Source of the DNA: a virus
Taxonomy: Duplodnaviria; Caudoviricetes
Length of the DNA: 34,598 nucleotides
Reading direction: 5' to 3' (one strand)
IMG/VR virus record: IMGVR_UViG_3300035103_000041
Span: 1 to 34,598 of that record
Position 1 is the first letter of the stretch; every line of letters starts with the position of its first letter. Below are positions 15,623 to 25,342 of this stretch, in pieces. The notes under the pieces are model-generated. The model saw only the letters and a program-made list of their open reading frames with translations, did no database searches and was not told the origin of the DNA. Made by a program: the position numbers and the translations under genes.

Positions 15623-16114
15623 ATGGCGGCGATAGAAAGCATTAACAAGTGGCTATATGAGATACGAAAATTATGTGCCCGAAAGAGAGACATTCTCAAT
15701 GATATCGATAATGTGAAACAGGAGCGCGAAACAATTTTTGACGCCGCTAATACTGTGTATGGGAATGTTGGTGGACATACATCTGATATAAATGATCCTA
15801 CATTACAAAAAGCCCAGAAATTGTGTGATAAATATAAAAATAAGCTTGATGGTTTAATATTAGAAATGGAGAACATCATAGACAATATTGACAAGCGACA
15901 TGAAATAATTACTGCTTGTTTTGAAGATGAAGAAGCTGATATGACCGTGCAAGAGTATGAAACTTTATTTTATTACTACTTTGAGGGAATGAGCGCAGAT
16001 GAGGTAGGGACTGCAATATATTACTCTGAAAGAAAGATATATGAATTCAAAAAGGGAGCTATAAATAAGCTCAATATGTATATAAAAAAGCATAAAAATG
16101 AACTTCTGCAGTGA
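15623..16114 (+). CDS. Late transcriptional activator, ArpU/RinA-like
   Basis: Last early gene before the packaging module; C-terminal sigma-R4-like HTH 'YYYFEGMSADEVGTAIYYSERKIYEFKKGAI'. Confidence 0.75.
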   Translation: MAAIESINKWLYEIRKLCARKRDILNDIDNVKQERETIFDAANTVYGNVGGHTSDINDPTLQKAQKLCDKYKNKLDGLILEMENIIDNIDKRHEIITACFEDEEADMTVQEYETLFYYYFEGMSADEVGTAIYYSERKIYEFKKGAINKLNMYIKKHKNELLQ

Positions 16115-16139
16115 ACTGCAGTAAAAAATGAGTTATTAT
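16106..16139 (+). promoter_or_regulatory. Candidate late promoter with activator repeats
   Basis: CTGCAGT repeated at a 10-bp period (16106, 16116) at the activator 3' end, then TATTAT at 16134-16139 without a consensus -35. Confidence 0.5.
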
Positions 16140-16248
16140 GATAGCGTCAGATGTCGGCGTGATGAACCGAAATCGTATAAGTAAAGGAGCTATCTATAAA
16201 AGGATGGCTCTTTTCATTTTCATGAATAACATACGCAGCGAGGGACAT

Positions 16249-16458
16249 ATGCCAGAAAAAAATGAAATGTATGTGCGGATTGATGAAGAGTACGACACTG
16301 TATATTTTGAAATGTCGAAAGATTACGCACGCGAAGTACTGGAGTTCGACGAGAACAACATACAGCTATGGGCACAATTCGGAAAGCTCGTACGTGAAAA
16401 CATACTGAGGAATAACGATGTGGCTGTTTGTATAAAGAGTAAAGGTGCTAGGAACTAA
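16249..16458 (+). CDS. Hypothetical protein (69 aa)
   Basis: SD GAGGGA before ATG 16249. Confidence 0.5.
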   Translation: MPEKNEMYVRIDEEYDTVYFEMSKDYAREVLEFDENNIQLWAQFGKLVRENILRNNDVAVCIKSKGARN

Positions 16459-16475
16459 CACAACGAATCAAGCTT

Positions 16476-16829
16476 ATGATTGATAGATATGACAATGTAG
16501 CGGTAGGACAATGGGTGCGTGAGCTCATCGCTACCGGAGACGTCCATTCGTTTTATATTAGTCAAGTGTGGCTTAATGTACGAGATGAGGTGCTTGATGA
16601 GGATAAGCACGAGTGCCAGTACTGTAAAACTCACGGCAAATACAGTAAAGCTACGATAGGACATCATCAAAAGCATCTAAGGAAGTATCCTGAGCTGGCA
16701 CTGAGCAAGACGTATGAAGAGGACGGAGAGACCAAGCGCAACATCGTTTCTGTGTGCAGGGAATGTCATAAGCTTGCCCATCCACACTCGATAAAAAAAG
16801 CAAAGCCTTTGACAAAGGAGCGGTGGTAG
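16476..16829 (+). CDS. Packaging-associated HNH endonuclease
   Basis: CQYC...GHH...NIVSVCRECHKLAH; immediately before terS. Confidence 0.85.
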   Translation: MIDRYDNVAVGQWVRELIATGDVHSFYISQVWLNVRDEVLDEDKHECQYCKTHGKYSKATIGHHQKHLRKYPELALSKTYEEDGETKRNIVSVCRECHKLAHPHSIKKAKPLTKERW

Positions 16830-16837
16830 AAGAAAGT

Positions 16838-16952
16838 ATACCCCCCCATCAAAAAAGGCGGCTTTTTGCTGCAAACGCCCATACTCGTGTGGGTCCAAGA
16901 CAAAAGAGAAAAGCAAAATCGCTCGCGCGCATGAGGGGGGTGGGGGTAGGGG
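16838..16952. other. Probable cos region
   Basis: Between HNH and terS; C7 tract (16841-16847) and G tracts (16935-16952), as often seen around cos in Gram-positive HK97-like phages; exact cut site not determined. Confidence 0.45.
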
Positions 16953-17308
16953 TGTCAAAAAAACAGACAAAAAAATACAGAGAAATAAAACAAGATCTAC
17001 TCGCACAGCTTGAAAAAAAGTTTATCTCCCGGAAGCATTACGAGGATTTAGTTGAAGACTATATGGCTTTCTGGGTAATAAAGGAGCAATTACAGGAGGA
17101 CATTGACGAGCGCGGAGTTGTAGTTACTTATAATAATGGCGGAGGTCAAAGCGGGTCTAAAAAAAATGATAGCGTTTCAGAAAAGATAAAAGTGACTGTT
17201 CAGATGTCTAAGATTCTTGATGATTTAGGGATAAAGCCAACACAGATAAAAGATGATACGGCGATATCCGATGTGAAAGATAAAGATGAGGACATCGGGG
17301 AATTGTGA
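16931..17308 (+). CDS. terS: Terminase small subunit, P27 family (start ATG 16931 or GTG 16952)
   Basis: 'YEDLVEDYM.FW...L.EDIDERGVVV.Y.NGGGQ.G.KKNDSV....QM.KIL..LG'. Confidence 0.85.
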   Translation: MRGVGVGVSKKQTKKYREIKQDLLAQLEKKFISRKHYEDLVEDYMAFWVIKEQLQEDIDERGVVVTYNNGGGQSGSKKNDSVSEKIKVTVQMSKILDDLGIKPTQIKDDTAISDVKDKDEDIGEL

Positions 17309-18974
17309 GATAAACGGCCATATACTCAGATATATAGAGATGGTCGAAAACCGAGAAATACAGGCATGTAAAGAACAACATCTTTTAGTCGCTTATATAC
17401 GAAAATGTTTTAAAACCGAACCGATATATACTGATGAAACGCAATTGAAAAAATATTTAAATATGGCAAAGTACTTCCCATATGTCGAATTGTTCGAATG
17501 GGAAGTTTTTGTATTAGCGCTACATTGTTGTACATACCGTAAAAAAGATAGACGTCCACGCTGGCCGGATCTCTTTGCATTGATGGGACGCGGAGCAGGC
17601 AAAGATGGCTTTATTGCCTTTGTTGATTTTTGTTTAGCATCACCGCATAACGGTATAAACGCATATAACATAGACATGGTCGCCAACAATGAAAAGCAAG
17701 CAAAGGCACCGTTTGATGATATATATAGCGTTTTAACAAATCCGGATAATACAGAAAAGCTCCGAAAGTTTTTCTATTGGAACAAAGAGGTTATTAAATG
17801 TAGGCAGACTGGTGCGGAGATACAATTTCATACCAATAATCCAAAAGGGAAGGATGGATTACGACCTGGATATATCGTATTTAATGAAATACATCAGTAT
17901 GAAAACTATGATAACATAAATGTTTTTACGACAGCGCTTGGTAAAAAACCGCATCCGAGAAGAGCTTATATAACCACTAACGGTGAGGTGCGTGACGGGC
18001 CGTTGGATCATCTCCTTGAAAGGTGTCTCGGGATACTGGAGAAGGGCGATGCAGACAATGGAATGCTTCCGTTCATATGCCGTCTGGATGAAAAAGAGGA
18101 AGTTCATAACTTTAATATGTGGGAGAAGGCTAATCCCTCATTAAGATATAGGCCTGATCTTAGAGAAGAGATGGAAAAGGAATATAGGGATTGGTTAGTC
18201 AATCCCTTTTTCTTTACCGATTTTATGAAAAAGCGAATGAACATGCCCGGCGGTAAAAAAGAAGAACAGGTAACATCGTGGGAGCTAATAAAGGCTTCGT
18301 GTAGTCCGGTTCCTAAAGAAAGATTGCGCGGAAGGAGCGCAGTTGCGGGCATTGACTATGCCATGATTAGCGACTTTGCCAGTGCGGGAATATTATTGCG
18401 TGAAGGAGATAAGCGTTATTGGATTACTCACTCATGGTTATGTGAGCAGTCGAAAGATATCCCGCGCCTTAAATGCCCTTACAAAGACTGGGCTAGGCAA
18501 GGCTTTTTAACTCTAGTATCGGATGTAGAAATTCATCCGGACTATATAACTGAATGGATAATGAAGCAGGCATTGCAGTTTAATATTACAAAGCTTGCAA
18601 TGGACCATCACAGATTTGCTTTGCTTGCAAAATCTTTGGCGGGGGCAGGATATGACCCGAAGGGAGAAAAAAACCTAAAGCTTGTAAGACCCTCAGACAT
18701 AATGATGGTCGCTCCGGTAATAGACAGCTGCTTTAATAATGAGTTGTTTGCTTGGGGTGATAACCCGGTTATGCGCTGGGCAGTAAATAATACTAAAAAA
18801 ATACGTTCGGGAGTGAGAACAGGAAATGACACGGGTAATTATGTGTACGGAAAAATAGAAGCTAAAAGCAGAAAGACAGACCCGTTTCTTGCGCTTGTAG
18901 CAGCTATGACTATAGAAGGTGAAATTGAAGAGGAGGCGGGAGCTTTTGAAGATATACCAGTTATCACCGCTTAG
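17286..18974 (+). CDS. terL: Terminase large subunit
   Basis: Walker A MGRGAGKD; Walker B IVFNEIH; YITT motif; 'WEKANPSL'; nuclease GIDYA...D and KTDPF. Confidence 0.95.
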   Translation: MRTSGNCEINGHILRYIEMVENREIQACKEQHLLVAYIRKCFKTEPIYTDETQLKKYLNMAKYFPYVELFEWEVFVLALHCCTYRKKDRRPRWPDLFALMGRGAGKDGFIAFVDFCLASPHNGINAYNIDMVANNEKQAKAPFDDIYSVLTNPDNTEKLRKFFYWNKEVIKCRQTGAEIQFHTNNPKGKDGLRPGYIVFNEIHQYENYDNINVFTTALGKKPHPRRAYITTNGEVRDGPLDHLLERCLGILEKGDADNGMLPFICRLDEKEEVHNFNMWEKANPSLRYRPDLREEMEKEYRDWLVNPFFFTDFMKKRMNMPGGKKEEQVTSWELIKASCSPVPKERLRGRSAVAGIDYAMISDFASAGILLREGDKRYWITHSWLCEQSKDIPRLKCPYKDWARQGFLTLVSDVEIHPDYITEWIMKQALQFNITKLAMDHHRFALLAKSLAGAGYDPKGEKNLKLVRPSDIMMVAPVIDSCFNNELFAWGDNPVMRWAVNNTKKIRSGVRTGNDTGNYVYGKIEAKSRKTDPFLALVAAMTIEGEIEEEAGAFEDIPVITA

Positions 18975-18988
18975 AGAGAAGGTGAATC

Positions 18989-20167
18989 ATGAGTCTGGGT
19001 AGTTCTATTATCAGCTGGCTTGCAGACAAGCTCGGCACTCCTGTACCAGTAAGTTATAACGGTGATTTGATAGGAGAATACGAAGAGCTGATAGGAAATA
19101 TTTATATTAGAGAATTAGCATTTTGGAATGCGGTAAATATTTTATCAAATGCAATATCAAAATGTGAGTTTGAAACGTATGTAAATAATAAAAAAGTGAA
19201 AGGACCTGAATACTTTCTATGGAACTATGAACCAAACAAAAACCAAAACTCGAGTGCTTTTATACATAAGCTTATAGCAAAACTTTGCAGAGAAAACGAA
19301 TGCCTGGTAGTAGAGCAGGGCAGCCAGCTACTTATTGCTGATAGCTTTACCAAAGCGGAAAGCACAATTAATGGTGATACTTTCAGTCAAGTCATAGTAG
19401 GTGATTTTACTTTTCAGAGAGACCTCAATCAATCCGAAGTTCTTTATTTTAAGTTGGCAGAACAAAACATAAAAAAGGTAGTGAACGGAATATATGACAG
19501 CTATTCGGAACTAATAACGTATACAGTCAAGTCATATAAGCGGTCAAAAGGAATCAAGGGAATTTTCAAATATAATGCGCTCCCTGTAAAGGGCTCTGAG
19601 GAGCGCAAAGCATTTGATGATTTGATAAATAAAAAAATCAAAGATTGGTTATTATCTGATGCCGCTGCTTTACCTTTGGGTAAAAATGCGGAGTGGAAGG
19701 AGCTTGAATATCAAACAGGCAAGGGAGACTCGACACGGGATATAAGGGCAATGATTGATGATATCTCCGATTTTACAGCCAGAGGGTTTGGCATACCTCC
19801 GGCGCTTATGAAGGGGGATGTGGCAGACACTTCAAAGACAATAGATCAGCTTTTAACATTTAGCGTGGATCCTTTAGCCGATAACATCCAGGAAGAGATT
19901 ACGCGAAAGCGTTACGGCTATAAAGAGTTTTCAAAAGGAAATTATCTGCGGGTAGATACGAAGTCTATAAAACATATTGACCTTTTGAGTGTAGCAACAG
20001 CGATAGACAAACTCATAGGCAGCGGTGCTTTCTGCATAGACGATATATTGGAAGCATTAGGCGAGCAGCCAAAAGGCGAGGACTGGTCACAGCAGCACTT
20101 CATAACTAAGAATTATGAACTTGTTGAGGAGGCATTAAAAAATCTGGAAGGAGGTAATAAGGCTTGA
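18989..20167 (+). CDS. Portal protein, HK97-like
   Basis: 392 aa after terL; 'WNYEPNKNQNSSAF', 'ARGFGIPPALM'. Confidence 0.9.
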   Translation: MSLGSSIISWLADKLGTPVPVSYNGDLIGEYEELIGNIYIRELAFWNAVNILSNAISKCEFETYVNNKKVKGPEYFLWNYEPNKNQNSSAFIHKLIAKLCRENECLVVEQGSQLLIADSFTKAESTINGDTFSQVIVGDFTFQRDLNQSEVLYFKLAEQNIKKVVNGIYDSYSELITYTVKSYKRSKGIKGIFKYNALPVKGSEERKAFDDLINKKIKDWLLSDAAALPLGKNAEWKELEYQTGKGDSTRDIRAMIDDISDFTARGFGIPPALMKGDVADTSKTIDQLLTFSVDPLADNIQEEITRKRYGYKEFSKGNYLRVDTKSIKHIDLLSVATAIDKLIGSGAFCIDDILEALGEQPKGEDWSQQHFITKNYELVEEALKNLEGGNKA

Positions 20168-21015
20168 AACAAAAGATGATGAAGTTTGAGTTTAAGCAGC
20201 AGATGGAGCGCCCGGATACACTTGAGCTATATATTTATAGTGAAGTGATACCTGACAGCTATAACTGGTGGACTGACGAAACTGAAGAAAGCGAAACTTC
20301 AGCTAATTTCTTCAGAAAGAAGCTGGCAGAATATAAGGATGTGAAATACATCAACCTTTATATAAATAGTGAAGGTGGATATGTCAAGGAAGGCTATGGT
20401 ATATATGCACAGCTCAAAAGACATACCGCAGTTAAAACGGTTTATATCGATGGTTTTGCAAATTCTGTTGCTTCTATTATTGCAATGTGCGGAGACAAAA
20501 TTATTATGTGTGTTAATAGTGTAATGGGTATACATAATATGATGGGTTGGTGTTTTGGAAATGCAGCAGAACACAGGCAAGTAGCTGATAACTTAGACAG
20601 TATGATGGAAGGAAACAGACAGCTTTATCTTGAAAGGGCAAACGGGAAAATAACACTTGAAAAGCTTATTGAACTATTGGATAAAGAAACCACATTAACT
20701 GCAACTGAATGTTTGCAATACGGTTTTTGTGATGAAATTGCAGAAACAGTTTCAAATCCAGAGGCAGTAAAACAATCGCTGAAGAATCTAAACGAGACTA
20801 TGGAGGCACAGATAAAATACTTCCAGTCACTGAAGCAAACATTTCATGAAGCTATGCAGTTGGCAAAACCGGCAGTTCAAGAACCACAGCAGCAGAACAC
20901 AAGCGAGCCACTCGAGACAGGCGGAATAGAACCGCAGCAGACAACGGAAGCGGATCCGCCTCCACCGACTGAACCTAAAGTATCAGACTTTTTGATGCAG
21001 ATGTTTAAAAGCTAA
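20164..21015 (+). CDS. ClpP-like prohead maturation protease
   Basis: 'INLYINSEGG', 'YIDGFANSVAS', 'MGIHN', 'ETTLTATECLQYGFCD'; TTG start with SD GGAGGT. Confidence 0.9.
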   Translation: MKQKMMKFEFKQQMERPDTLELYIYSEVIPDSYNWWTDETEESETSANFFRKKLAEYKDVKYINLYINSEGGYVKEGYGIYAQLKRHTAVKTVYIDGFANSVASIIAMCGDKIIMCVNSVMGIHNMMGWCFGNAAEHRQVADNLDSMMEGNRQLYLERANGKITLEKLIELLDKETTLTATECLQYGFCDEIAETVSNPEAVKQSLKNLNETMEAQIKYFQSLKQTFHEAMQLAKPAVQEPQQQNTSEPLETGGIEPQQTTEADPPPPTEPKVSDFLMQMFKS

Positions 21016-21038
21016 CATCAAACAAAAAAATAAAACTT

Positions 21039-21064
21039 AACGGCTACAGGCCGTTTTTATTTTA
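21039..21064 (+). terminator. Terminator-like hairpin before the capsid gene
   Basis: AACGGC-TACAG-GCCGTT followed by TTTATTTT. Confidence 0.5.
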
Positions 21065-21085
21065 CCTAAAAAGGAGATGAAGTAA

Positions 21086-22570
21086 TTGTTAAACCTTGAC
21101 GCAATCAAGCAGAAAAAAGAAGAAATGGCCAACAAAGTATTACAGGCAACCAAAGACAACAATCCCGAAGGATTTGCGGAAGCATTTACCCAGTATACAG
21201 ACCTTCTGCAAGAGATGGTAATGGCAGAAGCAAAAGGATTGATTCAATCTTTTGACAAAGAAGTTTTGATGGGGCGTGGCGTAAGAACGCTTACATCGCA
21301 GGAAACGCAGTATTACGAGAATGTAATAGAGGCGATGAAGTCCGGCAATCCTAAGCAGGCACTTTCCACAATCGACGAGGCTTTGCCTACAACCGTTATA
21401 GATTCCATCATGGAAGATATAGTGGAAGAGCATCCGCTACTAGATGAAATAAGCTTCCAGAACACAGGTATACTGACGGAGATAATAGTATCCACACTGG
21501 ATGGCCGCTTCAAAGGTGTATGGGGAGCGCTTAATTCTGAAATAACGAAAGAGCTTGCTGCGGGGCTTACGAAAATCGAGCTCGCAAAGAAAAAACTTTC
21601 TGCCTTCATACCGATAAGCAAGCCTATGCTTGAAATAGGGCCCGTGTGGATAGACCGCTATGTGCGTGCTATATTGCTCGAAGCCATAAATAATGGATTG
21701 GAAGATAGCATAATAAACGGTACTGGCGTTGACCAGCCAATCGGAATGACTAAAGACCCAAATGGTCTTTTCCATGCGACGGAGGGATATCCTGACCTTA
21801 CTCCAGTACCACTTACAGAAGTTACACCGGCAACATATGGTGCCGTAATAGGTGGTATGGCTGAAGGAAGGAATGGATTATATAGAATTATATCCGAAGT
21901 TCTTCTGATTTGTAACCCGGTGGATTACTATACCAAAGTAATGCCTGCGGTTATGTTTCAAATGGCGGACGGTACCTGGGTAAGCCGCTGGCCTTTCCCA
22001 ACTAAAGTTATACAGTCGGTATATGTTGAGTCCGGAAAAGCTGTAATAGGTATCGGTAAAAGATACTTCTTTGGTCTGGGCACTGCTAAGGAGGGTAAGA
22101 TTGAGTATTCGGATGAGTACGCTTTCCTAGATGATGATAGGTATTATCTCACCAAGCTTTACGGAGAAGGCAAGCCTTTGGATAATACATCATTCAAGGT
22201 GCTGGATATTTCAGCACTTAAACCGGTTGACCTTCGCGTGCTTGTTGCAAACTGGCCGGATGATTCTGACCCGGTGGAAGTAAATAATGTTTCGGATGCA
22301 AGGCTATATTCATTGGCTATCGGCGCATTGACGCTTTCGCCCACATTTGATAGAGATGTAAACTCCTATACTGCGGCGACTACAAACGCAACCAATGCAA
22401 TAAATGTAACGCCTTTGAATGCGGACGCTACTGTCGAGATACTTAACGGAGCTACACCTGTGGCCAACGGCGACCCGGCGACTTGGGCGGAAGGCGAGAA
22501 TACAGTTACTATAACTGTTACAATCAATGGCCAGTCCGAAGTTTACACAGTGGTGGTAACTAAGTCTTAA
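21086..22570 (+). CDS. Major capsid protein, HK97 fold, with a C-terminal cadherin-like beta-sandwich extension
   Basis: 'LPTTVIDSIMEDIVEEHPLL', 'IINGTGVDQPIGM', 'YSDEYAFLDDDRYYLTKLYGEGKP'; tail 'LSPTFDRDVNSYTA...EGENTVTITVT...YTVVVTK'. Confidence 0.9.
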   Translation: MLNLDAIKQKKEEMANKVLQATKDNNPEGFAEAFTQYTDLLQEMVMAEAKGLIQSFDKEVLMGRGVRTLTSQETQYYENVIEAMKSGNPKQALSTIDEALPTTVIDSIMEDIVEEHPLLDEISFQNTGILTEIIVSTLDGRFKGVWGALNSEITKELAAGLTKIELAKKKLSAFIPISKPMLEIGPVWIDRYVRAILLEAINNGLEDSIINGTGVDQPIGMTKDPNGLFHATEGYPDLTPVPLTEVTPATYGAVIGGMAEGRNGLYRIISEVLLICNPVDYYTKVMPAVMFQMADGTWVSRWPFPTKVIQSVYVESGKAVIGIGKRYFFGLGTAKEGKIEYSDEYAFLDDDRYYLTKLYGEGKPLDNTSFKVLDISALKPVDLRVLVANWPDDSDPVEVNNVSDARLYSLAIGALTLSPTFDRDVNSYTAATTNATNAINVTPLNADATVEILNGATPVANGDPATWAEGENTVTITVTINGQSEVYTVVVTKS

Positions 22571-22587
22571 TTAAATAAACAGACATG

Positions 22588-22611
22588 AGGCGCGGAATAC
22601 TCCGCGCCTTT
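22588..22611 (+). terminator. Hairpin/terminator after the capsid gene
   Basis: AGGCGCGGA-ATAC-TCCGCGCCT-TT. Confidence 0.6.
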
Positions 22612-22628
22612 AATAAGTAGGTGAGAAG

Positions 22629-22937
22629 ATGGCTTTACCCGATGGGCTTTTAGATGCAGTAAAAAATTATCTCAATATTACATGGACGGATACGGATACC
22701 GATACAAATCTTGAGGGCATTATCGCCCGTGGAATGTCACGCCTTAACGAGCTGACAGGTAATGATGCGTTGGATTACACAGTTGAGGGGCAGCCCCGGG
22801 CTTTACTTTTTGAATACTGCAGGTATACGCGCTCGGGCGGATTGGCTGACTTTGAGACAAACTACGAGCCGGAAATTACTCACCTGCAAAACATGGAAGA
22901 GGTGAGGGCTTATATCGCAGAAAGTACAGACGTTTAA
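22629..22937 (+). CDS. Head-tail connector (HK97 gp6-like)
   Basis: 'LLDAVKNYLNITW.D...D..L..II','LLFEYCRY......FE.NY'. Confidence 0.8.
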   Translation: MALPDGLLDAVKNYLNITWTDTDTDTNLEGIIARGMSRLNELTGNDALDYTVEGQPRALLFEYCRYTRSGGLADFETNYEPEITHLQNMEEVRAYIAESTDV

Positions 22938-23274
22938 TGACGGCATAGTCAAACTTTATAAAGTAGAAAACACTGCGGCAGATGGCGACATGCCAAAGGA
23001 TGGAATTGTTTTGATATATGAAAATATAAGGTTTCATAAGCGTACTGTCGGCCTGCAAAGGTACTGGACGGCAATGCAGAACAATGTCCAAATAGATAAG
23101 CTTATCCGTATACCGAAAGTCAGTGAGGATATAAGGCCCGGACTTGTAGCTGTAATAAATGGAGACACTGAAAGACAGTACGAGATTAAGCAGGTACAGG
23201 AACCGGAGGAGGTTTATCCATATGTGCTGGATCTATCTCTAGAAAGATTGGAGCATACCTATGGTACTGTCTGA
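22912..23274 (+). CDS. Head closure/adaptor protein; start uncertain (ATA 22912 proposed, first ATG 22990)
   Basis: Position after the connector; frame is open from 22906 and encodes 'QTFNDGIVKLY' upstream of the ATG; 'QYEIKQVQ...LDLSLERL'. Confidence 0.65.
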   Translation: MSQKVQTFNDGIVKLYKVENTAADGDMPKDGIVLIYENIRFHKRTVGLQRYWTAMQNNVQIDKLIRIPKVSEDIRPGLVAVINGDTERQYEIKQVQEPEEVYPYVLDLSLERLEHTYGTV

Positions 23275-23587
23275 TATTAGGGATGCCCTGCTTACAGTAG
23301 GCTGTCCCGTGTTTCATTTTGAATCCGAAGGTGATAACGACAAGTATATTGTTTGGGCGGAGGATAGCGAGGGCGATACACCGTATGCAGACAATCAGCC
23401 TACCAATACAGTATTGGAAGGAACGGTTGATTACTTTACAAAAGAGGAATATGACACAAATAAGGACAAAGTCGTAAAGTCGTTAAGGGGGATAGGTTGC
23501 AGTTGCAGATTGAACTCTATACAACACGAAAACGACACAGAATACATTCACTATGAATGGGTTTGGCAGGCGATAATAAATGGCTAG
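23261..23587 (+). CDS. Tail terminator/completion protein-like
   Basis: 'PVFHF...YIVWAE......ADN......GTVDYFTK.EYD...HE.DT.YIHYEW'. Confidence 0.65.
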   Translation: MVLSDIRDALLTVGCPVFHFESEGDNDKYIVWAEDSEGDTPYADNQPTNTVLEGTVDYFTKEEYDTNKDKVVKSLRGIGCSCRLNSIQHENDTEYIHYEWVWQAIING

Positions 23588-23999
23588 AATGGCATTTAAG
23601 GCGGGAGATGAATATGCGCTGAAGCTTTCAAGGCTAGACTCGGGTTCTGAGAAGATAGCAAAAAAAGCTATATATGAATCCGCTGAGATTTTAGCTGATG
23701 GAATAAGAGCGGCAGCAGATAAAAAACTATCTGATGAAGCGACTGGTCAAATGATGGAGTCTTACGGAATCAGTGAAATTGACATGGACAAGCACGGATA
23801 CTGGAATACTAAGATTGGCTTTGACGGGTATGATGATAAAGGAGTGCCGAACCAATTAAAAGCCAGAGTGTTTGAAAGCGGATCGAGTAAACAAAAGAAA
23901 AGACCTTTTATTCGGCCTACTGTAAATAGGCTAAAAGGGCAGGCACAAAAGCGGATGGAACAAGTGGTGGATGAAGAAATCAAGAAAGTAATGAAATAA
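23580..23999 (+). CDS. HK97 gp10-like neck protein
   Basis: 'AKKAIYESA.I.AD','TGQM..S','ARVFESGSSKQKKRPFIRP'. Confidence 0.8.
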   Translation: MARMAFKAGDEYALKLSRLDSGSEKIAKKAIYESAEILADGIRAAADKKLSDEATGQMMESYGISEIDMDKHGYWNTKIGFDGYDDKGVPNQLKARVFESGSSKQKKRPFIRPTVNRLKGQAQKRMEQVVDEEIKKVMK

Positions 24000-24009
24000 G
24001 GAGATTCAT

Positions 24010-24921
24010 ATGGATGAAAAATATAATGAGTTTATAGGTGTCGATAGTCTATATAGGGCGCGCGTTACAAAAGATGACGAGGATAATTATACCGTCGGTA
24101 CTCCAGAGTTTCTTGCACCTGTGGGAGAAGTAACAGGAGCAGCTACTATGGAGGCTCAGAAAACCTATTATGATAATAAGATTGGCAGCCACCGGGTGTC
24201 GGAAGGAGTAACAGAACTTAATCTAACAGTACCAAATTTACCACCTGATTTTGCTGCTGAATTATCCGGAAAGTATTACAATTCTGCAAATGGAAGGGTT
24301 TACGACTCCGGAAATCCTAACGCACCCGATTATGCATTAGGGTTTAGGTACGACATGGGTGACGGCAACTATAGGTATTTCTGGTACTACAAAGGTAAGT
24401 TTGTACTCGGTTCTGAAGATGCTAAAAGCAGAGAAGAGACCTATGAGTTTAAAACCCAACAAATCAAATTCCTTGCAGTAAGAACTAATCATAAGTGGAT
24501 GATTGACGGAAAGCTGCAACAGCAAAAGCGACACTATGGAGATTCTGTCAATCCTGCGTTTGATGAAACCGGATGGTTTACACAGGTGCAAACTCCTGAT
24601 GTGATCGGTGCGCCGGATGCTTTGTCTATGTCAAGTGTGCTGCCGGCTGATGATGCAACGGATGTGGCCGTAACCGCAGAGCCTAAAGTGACATTCAACA
24701 ACGCGATAAAAGATGAAGCTATCCAGATAGTAAAGGCGTCGGATGGTTCCGTGGTACCTACAATGAAAGTATGGAACACGGCAAAGACAGAAGTAACACT
24801 GCAGCACGCTGTAGAATTCAGTAATGATGAAGTCTATCTGATAGTAATATCAGGCGTAAAGGATGTTTATGGGCAGGCTCTGGCAGCGGATGTGTCTAAC
24901 TTTACAACTATAGCTTTATAA
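24010..24921 (+). CDS. Major tail protein (phi13-like) with a C-terminal Ig-like (Big_5-like) domain
   Basis: 'FIGVDSLY.A...D','YYDN','PDYALGF......YRYFWYYKGKF'; C-terminal 'SVLPADDATDVAV....VTFN...SGVKDVYGQALA..V.NFTT'. Confidence 0.85.
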   Translation: MDEKYNEFIGVDSLYRARVTKDDEDNYTVGTPEFLAPVGEVTGAATMEAQKTYYDNKIGSHRVSEGVTELNLTVPNLPPDFAAELSGKYYNSANGRVYDSGNPNAPDYALGFRYDMGDGNYRYFWYYKGKFVLGSEDAKSREETYEFKTQQIKFLAVRTNHKWMIDGKLQQQKRHYGDSVNPAFDETGWFTQVQTPDVIGAPDALSMSSVLPADDATDVAVTAEPKVTFNNAIKDEAIQIVKASDGSVVPTMKVWNTAKTEVTLQHAVEFSNDEVYLIVISGVKDVYGQALAADVSNFTTIAL

Positions 24922-24936
24922 GTGGATTTAACACAT

Positions 24937-24961
24937 AAGGGCGGATATACCGCCCTTTTTT
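24937..24961 (+). terminator. Terminator after the major tail gene
   Basis: AAGGGCGG-ATATA-CCGCCCTTTTTT. Confidence 0.7.
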
Positions 24962-24973
24962 AAAGGAGAAAAA

Positions 24974-25342
24974 ATGGCAAGTGTATATACGATAGAGATA
25001 AACGACAAGAGGTATACGCAGGTGCGTATACTGGCTTATCTGGCAAGGAGTGCTATAGCACTCAACAGGGAGACACTCGACTTTGCAAAACAAGCACAGG
25101 AAATACAAAAAAGCGATGTTGGGGTGGAGGACGTCGAGCAAATCACGGAAAGGATATCAGAACTAAACGATAGAAAATCCAACTTAGTTTGTGAGGTTTT
25201 CGAGAATAAGTTCACGGTTGATGAACTTGAACGGAATTACAGCGTTGCAGAAATTACGGAGCTTGTACAAAAGATAGTTTCCGGAATAGGCGGAACTTTA
25301 ACAAAAAACTTAAAGGGGGCACAGGAGGAAGTGCCCGAGTAA
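24974..25342 (+). CDS. Tail assembly chaperone (gpG-like)
   Basis: Between the tail tube and tape measure genes; 'VCEVFENKFTVDEL'; slippery site near the 3' end. Confidence 0.8.
   Translation: MASVYTIEINDKRYTQVRILAYLARSAIALNRETLDFAKQAQEIQKSDVGVEDVEQITERISELNDRKSNLVCEVFENKFTVDELERNYSVAEITELVQKIVSGIGGTLTKNLKGAQEEVPE

Noticed and set aside
16823-16930. N-terminal extension of terS given in the ORF track
   Set aside because: Spans the probable cos region; the family-like sequence begins only after about 16950
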